DNA of 64,000 nt from Octopus vulgaris. Lineage: Eukaryota. The stretch spans positions 10,602,001-10,666,000 of the forward strand of contig OX597828.1 of the NCBI GenBank assembly GCA_951406725.2, written 5' to 3'. Shown piece after piece: positions 52,938 through 64,000 of the stretch (position 1 is the first letter of the stretch; every line of letters begins with the position of its first letter). Position numbers and translations under genes: made by a program. The notes below the pieces were generated by a model. The model was not told the DNA's origin and searched no databases. It was given only the letters and a program-made list of their open reading frames with translations.

Positions 52938-54108
52938 ACATATAGGTAGGGCGATACAAACAGGAAAAATAGAATTCAAAATATCAGTATTTGTATATTT
53001 TCAATAATATTTAGCAAAAGCAATGCACTGACTCATGTGCTGCAAGTTTTGTGCCTGGCGCTTATCAAACATTGGTAAGTATTAATAGACGAAACACTCG
53101 GCCCTTGCCTTGAATCAATTTGAAATATTAAGATGTATATATTTGTTAATGTGTGTGTGAGTTATGTGTTTGTGTGTGTGTGTGTATGTGTGTGTGTATG
53201 TGTGTGTGTGTATGTGTGTGTGTGTGTGTGTGTGTTCATCAACATCAGCATCACGTTATATGATTAAATAAGATAGCGATATCTCAATGGTATGCAAACG
53301 TATCAAGATGTTTTTTTTTTTTGTTCTTTAAGCTTAGGCCCCTATCATCCTTCACCATATCTAAGCACATTTAATCTGTGACCATCCCATTTTCATAACA
53401 GATGTTATATCTAGGATTGTTTTACCTTACGTGTCCTTCATATTTTAAGATGACAGTGTGTTATTTGAATGAGATATACCTGCTACATTTCGTAAAGTGA
53501 GGTCGAATATAATAAACCTTCCCCATTGAATTATGTTGCAGAGGTTTAATTTAAAATCTTAGCAAGAATTCTAAATTCAATCTTAATTGTCGTTGAGCAA
53601 AAATTATATTTCACGTATGTCACCTTTCTTACTCCAGGGGGAGCCATTTCATTTTACACAAGTCGCTAATGCATGCCAGGGAAAGAGAAAACGTTTGCCA
53701 TGAAGGCCTATTTTTACACCTGTTAAAATGTAAGATATTTATCCGCAGTAGAAAGTATAGCTATTATCATCAGAAAATATGTCATGCTGAGAGAGTAGAG
53801 CGGGATTCGCGTGTCACTTAAGTGTATTTCATTTCAAATATGCTGCTTCTTCATTTCCTCGTTATAGAACATATACAAGCAGTGTCCAAAGGACATACTC
53901 TCAGCAGGGAAAACTATAATACACATGAAAACATGAATTTTAGAGAAATTCATACATGCTGCAGAAAAGAGGACGAAAATATTTTGTGTAAGATACTTGT
54001 CCGAGAGAAAAATAACTAATCTAAATACTGCATATTAGCAAACATTGAATAGCATAGAACAAAATTGCTGGATAATTCCAGATAATTCCTTATTTATATA
54101 TATATAGA

Positions 54109-54152
<44 letters not shown>

Positions 54153-54155
<3 letters not shown>

Positions 54156-54293
54156 CTCTTTACTCTTTTACTTGTTTCAGTCATTTGACTGCGGCCATGC
54201 TGGAGCACCACCTTTAATCGAGCAGCTCGCCCCCAGTACTCCTTCTATCGGTCTCTTTTTGCCGAACCGCTAAGTGACGGGGGCATAAACACA

Positions 54294-54361
<68 letters not shown>

Positions 54362-54517
54362 CGACGGGTTTCTTTCAGCTTCTGTCTACCAAATCAACTC
54401 ACAAGGCTTTAGTCGGCCCGAGGCTATAGCAGAAGACACTTGCCCAGGGTGCCACGCAGTGGGACTGAACCCGGAACCATGTGGTTGGTTAGCAAGTTAC
54501 TTACCACACAGCCACTC
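54153..54517 (-). mobile_element. SINE family A
   Basis: Reverse complement of family A from tail (ttactctttt) to head (ccacacagccactc). Confidence 0.92.
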
Positions 54518-54536
54518 ATATATATATATATACATA

Positions 54537-54860
<324 letters not shown>

Positions 54861-55133
54861 AATTACTGATTCAGTACCTAATATTTGGTATGAATAATAA
54901 TATTCATAATGCAATAGCTTTATATATAAACCATGGTTTATAATCATTCAAAAAAAAGGAACGAAAATGGAGATATAGCGTTTTATAAAAGTTTATCTAC
55001 AAAAGTCAAGCGTAGTCCCTCATAAATGTTTCAATTAAGCCTAAAACATTAAATAGCGTGGGTGGGGTGAGTGGGGGGAATAAAAATATGCCAATATTCA
55101 ATAAAGTGATATTTCTTTATTTGACCCAGACCC

Positions 55134-55431
<298 letters not shown>

Positions 55432-55793
55432 TGCATTTCGTAGATCTGAATTTAAAAGAAATAATCTCTTTAACAAACATGTGAATATGAAATAGTATCC
55501 AACACTATACTCATTCATTTATACGGTGTCCATTCATATACCCAACAATACTAAATATATTAAATATAGTTAACAGATATTTTCAGTGGAATATTTCACC
55601 TCAGGTAATACAGCTATTATGATTCTGTTTAGTTTAGATTAGGAACAGAAAGTTACTAAGCGTAAAATAACACAAGCAGGAACAGAAAGTACTTTAGGAT
55701 ATTGTTATGATATGATTTATGTTCAAGATAACTAAGGTTATATTGTTTATTCATTGGGACTTTTAAGACATTAGTTTCACAACACACACACAC

Positions 55794-55836
<43 letters not shown>

Positions 55837-57279
55837 GGGAGAAAAAGAGAGCGGGAGGGAGTGAGAGAGGGATGGCTGAAAGCTGTTATTTGAATATCTC
55901 AATTATGCCACCAGCTATATCTGCGAATTACCTGATGCCCAACGAAACGTCTTGTATTAAAGAACTCACAAGGAGAGAAATGAACGCGACCATATTGCCT
56001 TAAACTGGATATTTCTCTCAAAACCGGCGTTTACGAACACCCTTTTATCCTTATTTAAACGCATATACAGACATTCATACTCATGCACACACACACACAC
56101 ACAGATAAACATATATATATGCATATATATATGCGAAACATAGATATATATATGTATATATATATATTTATATATATGTATATGAAATCTTACAGAGACA
56201 AGGTACGATTTTGTTTGTTTTGTGTGTTTTAAAGTTAGTTATTTTTCTGTTGGAGGAGGGAGTAGTTGCAAACCAAAAGGACAAATGTCACAATACATTA
56301 TCCATATTGTTCTTCTAATAACTGGGGAAACAATTCATTTACTACACAATTCTTCACTGTGAATTCCTTATTACAAATGTTACACCAGAGATCTTGCTGG
56401 CGAACGTTCTACCGAAACCCAATAAATACAGCATTATGGTATTATATTAAATCAACACAGTTTTCTCTTCTATATGAAAAAAAAAATCTCTATTTTTTTC
56501 CTTTCTTGTTTTTTCAATTTCATTACATCAATAAAATGTGAAATGGTAATATTTTCTCTTCTTTCGCAAATAAATCCCTAAGCACTTTATAGTAGATATA
56601 TTATAGTTAGGAGGGAAAGTTGGGCGCATAATTAATGCTGAAATGGTGAAAATACTGACATTGGCCTACATAATTCACTATGTTTTTTTTTCCATCATTG
56701 ATTACAATTGTCTGGATAAAACTAATACCGTACGGTAATATGAATGATATTGTGTGTTTCTATACACATATAAATATAGCTAAGCATTTCAAAAAATCCA
56801 ATAACGTTCATTGCTTACATATAACTACAAGTATATATATATATATAAATATATTATGTATATGCATATAAATAAATAGATAAATACATACATATATACA
56901 TACGAGCAGGGAGGAAGACAGCCATACGTGAATACATCCTGGCGTGCTTCACAAAGGCCAACCTATATGACGTTTTTCTATACAGACGGAATTATTTAAA
57001 TGTATGATTGCATAGATAGAAAAAAATTGGATTCTCGAAGTAATGCCTACATAGTCATGAAACAATGGGGCATGAGTCTGTCTCAGGAGATAATGATTTA
57101 GTTATGTTTTATTGGTAAGCTCATACACGCACTCACACACACACATACACATACACATACACGCGCGCACACACACACAAACACACACACACACACAAAG
57201 AGAAACGCACACACGGTTCGATATTCAAAAACAGACATGCACATTCAGAAGCACACACACATCCTTTTGTACATATATG

Positions 57280-57314
<35 letters not shown>

Positions 57315-57456
57315 TGTGTGTGTTTGTGTGTGTTTGTGTGTGTGCGTGTGTGGGTGTGTATGTATATATATATGTATATATATATATATATGTGTGTGTG
57401 TGTATGTGTGTGTATACATGTATATATATATATATGTGTGTGTACATGTATATATT

Positions 57457-57506
<50 letters not shown>

Positions 57507-57510
57507 TGTA

Positions 57511-57933
57511 CAGGGAGCGGTGAATAAATTGTCGTCTAAACAACGTAAAGATGAAAACAACACTGACATATCATTTTAACAGATATATTTACCAAACTTA
57601 CATACAAATATCTTGAAATACTAAAGAGCAAATGTATTGAATAAAATCGCCAATGGCTTCAGCTACGGTCTCCATACATCTTGGGTACATGCTCTCAGAT
57701 TGCACCGTGTTAAGATTGATAGCCAAACACTCTGAAATGTTTGCAAATGCCAAGTAGTGCAGCATGTCGTTTCCAAATTTCTGGCAGTGTGAATTGCCTT
57801 ATCGTGTAACTTTTCTCACAGACAGTGCCCAACTGTCCCCTTTATACTGTGTAGTCGAGAAAATCAAAAACAAACAGTGCGCATGAGCGAAATTGAAAGT
57901 ATGAAATGCCGACAATTTACCAACCGCATCCTG
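57511..57933 (-). mobile_element. Internally deleted Tc1/mariner-superfamily element (MITE-like)
   Basis: TIRs cagggagcggtgaataaattgtcg and cgacaatttaccaaccgcatcctg, with TA on the left flank. Minus strand near 57640-57685 gives METVAEAIGDFIQ, similar to Tc1-type transposase C-termini. Confidence 0.75.
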
Positions 57934-57954
57934 TGTATGTCTGTATATTATATC

Positions 57955-57994
<40 letters not shown>

Positions 57995-58000
57995 TTGTGC

Positions 58001-58033
58001 GTCCTGGGTTCTCATTCCCAAGCTATTTTTTGA

Positions 58034-58121
<88 letters not shown>

Positions 58122-58244
58122 GTTGTTGTTATTGTTGTTGTTGTTATTGTTGTTGTTATGATTATTATTATTATTATTATTATTATGGTCACTGCATGGA
58201 ATTGAACTTGGTTAGAAGCCCACGCTCTTATCCCCTACGCTATA
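58001..58244 (-). mobile_element. Second, decayed copy of the tRNA-head/(TAA)n element of 49811, truncated just before the hammerhead
   Basis: Minus strand has a tRNA-like head ending gcagtgacc, then (TAA)n, aaaaatagc and cccaggac, in the same order as 49869-50040. Confidence 0.75.
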
Positions 58245-58508
58245 CTTATATATCTGTGTGTATGTGTGCACGCGTGTCTTTATGCATATATTGATACATC
58301 AATACATAGATAAAATGTATATACTTATAGGAATAGATATATGTATATATATATATATATAAAATATATATATATATCTTTCTATCTATGTATCTATCTA
58401 TATATATATATATATATAGTTACTTAATTAGTGAAATAGAAAGATAGATAGAGTGAGAGACAGATTGACAAACAGAGAAAGACAAAGAGAAAGTGAGCCA
58501 CGGTGAGT

Positions 58509-58542
<34 letters not shown>

Positions 58543-60631
58543 CACACACACACACATTCAATCAGATAGACAGACAGATAGACAGACATATATATATTCA
58601 TTTTATGCTTAGAAACGATGTACCTTCCCTGAATTTTGCTCGACTTCAATATAGCAAACCAGCTGAAATCCCTGTGAATAAATTTCGGCGTGTCCCACGT
58701 GCGTAGTGCACAGAGTCTTGTAATGTGTAATATGTCCAACTAAATGATAATATTTTGAATGCATTTAAGACCTACGTTTCAAAGCATTTAAAGAGAATTC
58801 AATAGTCATGTATACATTGGTACATCTCTTTATTTAATTTATCCTTCGTTTATTTATTTAATTTAATTTCTTCTTCTCTCTGCTTTGCATAGAATTGCGT
58901 TTCTTAAACCTCACCTGCCTTAACACCTGCAATTTCAATTCCCTTTCTTCCCTCTCTTCGCACTTTTTCTCTCTCCTCTCTAGAGTCATATTCTCACTTC
59001 CTTTTCTCTCTCTTTAATTATAATACCCCTTGTGGCCCCATTTTCGCTCTATCTTGTAGAGACTCAAACAGCCCTAACCATAAATAAAAAGCGAACTTAA
59101 GCAATTTAAACAATTTCTTCCTATTTTGATGTCTTAATTGGGAAAAAATGTGCGTAGGACATTAGCCAGTTAACCTGTTTAAAGATACATAAGAGTGACA
59201 GAGGCAATATTAATGCCCAGAGGTAATGTAAATTCCCACTCAAATGTCAATGTTCTGATCGAACGAACTTCAGTGTGGTAGACACTATGAGAGAAACCAT
59301 CAAATAGGCTTTTAGTACAGAATGTGCGCTTCTTTGTTTATATCGTCAAATGGGAGGGGAGAAAAACCCTACTAACTCCAACATCAAGACCACCAGATCA
59401 CTTGATTTCCATCTTCCTTGATCTCATCGGTGATGGACGCTCGACCGCTAGAGATAACAGTGTCTCATCTCTTCGCTAGATGTAGATATAGAAAATCAGT
59501 GCCAGAGTAAACACTGATGTCGCTATTAGCCAGTTAGCTTGTTAATTTACATATATATATATGTGTGTATATTAGCAACAGAGGCAGTATTAAGTGTGAA
59601 TAAATATTACCTCTCGATATTTATACTGCCTCGGTCGCTAATATATGGGTTTATCTGCATATGTTTCTTCATTAACATCTTAGGGTTTATGCTGAGCAAT
59701 CAGTTATACGTTTTATTACACAAATGCTCTAAGTCTCTTTCACATACGCACACAAACCACAATATTCCTATATTTTCAACATGCTAGTGTGAGTAAATAT
59801 TTTGGATGCATAAAATAGATGTCTATTTTTACCTCTAGTGATGGTTAAGAGCAACAAAGAAGTGTACTTAGCACATGGTGAAACTATCCAGTATTGATAA
59901 TCAATCAATGTGCTCAGGTAAACATGGAATAATAAACGTTTCACTGAATTTCAAATGAAAAGAGGATAACAAGAACCTATCATTTAAAATTAGGTCACAT
60001 ATGACGATGTCGTATTTCGATTCAACACCCCATTTACCAATATGGTGTTACGCACTCACTACGGACACTAACGAAATTGGAATACTACGACTTATCATTC
60101 TCCGAGCAGATTCTCTTGATACACACCCCAAAACAACGATTAACTTGTGATTGGTTTCTGGTATACGCTAGCATTTTTTATAATCATATATTCTGACGAA
60201 CCCCTGTGTGCGGACGTAGTCAGAACGCCTGCTGTCTAACTTCCTGTTCATCATGGTTTCGTAGTCTCAGTTGCAATCGTCCATATCACATCTGGTAGCC
60301 TTTTCACTGTTCAGAAAACACTGGGGTTCAGTAGTGGTGTCAGCATTTTGACATCCTTATCCATTACTCCATGTCAACTCAATTATTCTCAACTAAAAAT
60401 TCGAACTTTGTGCTCTCCAACGCCGTTGATTGTTTACCAGTGCAAAAAAGCTGTCCCTCTAAAAGGAAGACGTTAAAAGTCACCAAATTTAACTCGAACA
60501 ATCTATGTATGTCTGAATATATAACTTTTCAACAATGGATAAGTAAATGATAAATTTATGAGTATTTCTATGTACGTATCTATTAAACATGTACATACGA
60601 AGGCAGACGACATACAAATTTTGACGTCTTT

Positions 60632-60649
60632 TGTTGTTGCCGTTGTTGT

Positions 60650-60686
<37 letters not shown>

Positions 60687-60810
60687 GATTGTGGAGGTGA
60701 TGCTGCTGCTGCTGCTGATGATGATGATGCTGATTATGACGATGATGATGATGATGATGATGATGACGAAGATGACGATGAGGATCATGATGATGATGAT
60801 GATGATGAAT
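60632..60810. repeat. Compound (GAT)n/(GGT)n/(GCT)n microsatellite
   Basis: Read directly from the sequence. Confidence 0.9.
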
Positions 60811-62892
60811 ATACTACTATTGTCATATTGCCACATTACTGAGCAGGAGTATGATTAAATAGTTTCCAGCTATTACTACACCGTGTTTTGACCAGGTATT
60901 TTTCTCCTTATTGCAGATAATTGCATGCATTTATTAGTAAGATTTACCTGTATTTTCTAGCAGTTTTGCTTGTCGTGTTGTACAATACTATTTCGCTACT
61001 ATTTGCAGGGTCACTTGCTTTTCGAAGTATTTTACTAATAATATATTTTTTAACTCTTACTTGGAACGTTAATAAATTATGTCTCTGTCAGCAGAATGAG
61101 ATAATAATATGACATAGAAAATTCAATCTCTTGCTGTCGAGTTTTTGTTATGTATCACCATAACCATCAAGATTTGTTCCTTTGAATAAACGTTACACAT
61201 TTTTTGCAATGTAATACCATATTACTGGTATCATTCTGTCTTTGAAGGAGATAAGTTAAATTTAATAACATCCGAATTTGAAAATCTGAGAACAAAGCAC
61301 CGTTAAGTTTACAGCAAAGCTTTCAGGCAATGAGTTAGTCGATTGCTTCAAGTAACTTGAATGTAATTTATGGGTTGAGAGAGCATAATTAAAAAAGACT
61401 TTCATTTTTAACTATCTAGTAGTTTAATATAATATTAAATTCTTTGTTCAGTTTGCTTCGTTATTTTAACGATGATAATGTGTTTGATTGATTTGAAGAA
61501 GAATAGCTGGTTTATCTAGCAGAACAAACAGCTATGTTAAAAACTCCATTGTTGCTTCAAATTTATATTTTGATACCAGGTAAAGTGACATGATATTTAC
61601 TGCACAGGTAAGTTTGAAACCTCAGGCTCTTCCCCGCGGTTTTGATTGATAATGCTTGATGCCAAGGCTCTATTCGGAGATAAGAACTGTTCGCAAGCAA
61701 TGTTATAGATATGACAGCTTTACTACATCTTTTGATTTACAAAGTACATTACATTGGGCTGCCCCGTAATCGATTGACAAGCTGGAAGTACCATTCGAAT
61801 ATAATTCAGACACATCCTATAATGTTTATGGAGGGCACATTAAATAGTATAGCATGCGATAAACTATGCTTGGAAAACAAGAGATATGTTCATAGCTGCA
61901 ATGATGTTCATCACCTATTTCCTTTTTCAGTGCTAACTGCCAGCGAAAATGCAACCAAATTGACCACCGGGTTCACATTGATTTAACATGGAGACAGAAG
62001 GTTAAAAATATTGCGGAAAATAAACAGTCGAACAGATTGATCCCAAGCAGCAGACTTTCCAACTGTAACCATCCGATCATTTGAGATTAGCTTGTAACAG
62101 ATAGGGGCACTAAAGCAGCTAAAACAACTGCGTAGCGTAATTTTAAGTCGATTGTCCATAATTTTGTAATGCTGACTATTCACATTTCAGTGACTTAGAA
62201 AAAGAAAAGAAAACGGAAAGCCTACTTAAAAACCAGTAATATTTGAACTCAGAGCGTAAAGATCCGCGACAAATACATCAAGATCTCTTTCATTAGACGG
62301 TTTCACAATAATGCTAAACTATCTACACGATGAAAGAAAGCCACGCATTTTGGGAGAAGATGTAATTGATTTAATCGAACAAAGAGTATTTGACTGATAG
62401 TTTCATATCAACTCTGCCCCTAAATTGACAGGTAAAGTTAATCACAATGAGATATAACAAACAAGGTATGTGCAACTAAGTAAATACAGCAATTGAATTG
62501 CACTGAAAGCACCCTCATCAAGGTAATGATGTTTCACTATTGGAAAAGAATCTGCAGTTGAAGTGGTTAAATCAGGCATCGATCATAATAAATGTGCTGC
62601 CTGCTAACATGTTTGCAGCCACTCGGCTGTGGAGTTGAAGTTCATATACACAATACTGTATTTCACATTTCACTCACGAGACAACTAGACAGGTGGAAAC
62701 ATTAAATCATAAGTTTGGCTTTGTTTGAGACTTCGTGTATTTCTTCTTCGATTAGTCTAGGTCTCTGAGAAAGTTGTGTAAGTATATGTACGCATGTGTA
62801 TGTGTGTGTTTGTGAGTATATGTGGATGTGTGTTTTTGAGCGTGTGTATGTGTGCGTATGTGCATATGTGCGTAGATACATATACACATAAA

Positions 62893-62968
<76 letters not shown>

Positions 62969-63077
62969 TGTATATATATATTGAGATAAAAAGATAAGTA
63001 CACGTACACACACACAAACATATATATATATATATTTATATTACATTTATATATACGCGCATACACAGATATATATG

Positions 63078-63118
<41 letters not shown>

Positions 63119-63290
63119 TGAGATAGAAAGATAAGTACACGCGCACACGTATTTATATGTATGTAAATATATATTTATATATATACACACATATATATGT
63201 ATATATATGTGGGTGTACATATATGTATATATATATGTATGTATATATGTGTATATATCTGTATAATATACCTAAACGTATTGATGTATA

Positions 63291-63335
<45 letters not shown>

Positions 63336-63574
63336 GTATGTATGTGTGTGTGTATACATCTATATACAGAAAGAGAGAGGGAGATAGATAGGCATAAAAT
63401 AAACACATGCGTATGCACACATATGGATGCGTGTGCGCGTGTTTATATTTTTATGTATATATATTATGATACATGCATATACATGTGTGTGTATGTGTGA
63501 GTTTGTGTGGGGGGGGGGGTTGAACGGATAGATAAATGGAGGGATGGTGTGATGCATACAAGCAAAGCTGACAT

Positions 63575-63858
63575 TGGCATTTCTTCGGTTATGACGACGA
63601 GCGTTCCAGATGATCCCATCAAAGGAACAACTTGCTCGTGAAATTAACGTGTAAGTGGTTGAGCACTCCACCAGCCCGTGTACACTTAACGTAGCTCTCG
63701 GAGAGGTTCAGTGTAACACAGAATGGGACAAGGCTGGATCTTTGAAATAATGCAGATAGTTCTCATTTTTGCCAGCTGAGTGGACTGGACCAATTTGAAA
63801 TAAAGTATCCTACTCCAGGACACAACGAGCCTGGTATTGAACTCACGACCTTACGATC
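63575..63858 (-). mobile_element. SINE family C (head and core like family B, different tail)
   Basis: cagctgagtggactggaccaatttgaaataaagtatcc...acacaac...gaactcacgaccttacgatc matches the family B core. The tail matches 11060-11220. Confidence 0.75.
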
Positions 63859-64000
63859 TTAAGGCAAATACACGCTCCTTCGAAAAGATACGGAGACGGA
63901 GAAATAGATAAAGAGATAAATGGATAGATATGCAAGGTCTGCGTATGCTTTTGTGTGCATGGTGTGCGGTTCACTGTCTATGTGCGTTTGAGTTTATAAA

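Noticed and set aside
60558-60842. Acidic poly-D/G/A ORF
   Set aside because: Compound GAT/GGT/GCT microsatellite that is open in several frames; no splice or domain evidence.

Overview
AT-rich, microsatellite-saturated eukaryotic (animal) genomic DNA, intronic or intergenic. I infer a cephalopod, probably Octopus, from the style of the tRNA-derived SINEs; this is not proven. I can support no intact host gene, and nearly all ORFs in the supplied track are translations of simple repeats. The window is a mobile-element graveyard. It holds several R4/Dong-type restriction-like-endonuclease (RLE) LINE remnants inserted in (TAA)n arrays, four tRNA-derived SINE families, a CR1/L2-group LINE 3' end that shares its tail with one SINE family, mariner/Tc1 remnants, a non-autonomous Helitron, a Gypsy integrase fragment, RTE remnants and a Penelope-like (PLE) ORF fragment. 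The most interesting signal is a set of small non-coding elements with PLE-style architecture (partial tandem repeats, inverted ends) and hammerhead-ribozyme-like cores. The best example, at 49811-50130, joins a tRNA-like Pol III head to a minimal hammerhead, with an inverted end and a target-site duplication. There are also several long, near-perfect inverted repeats next to (TA)n tracts. All calls were made by eye, with no searches run.
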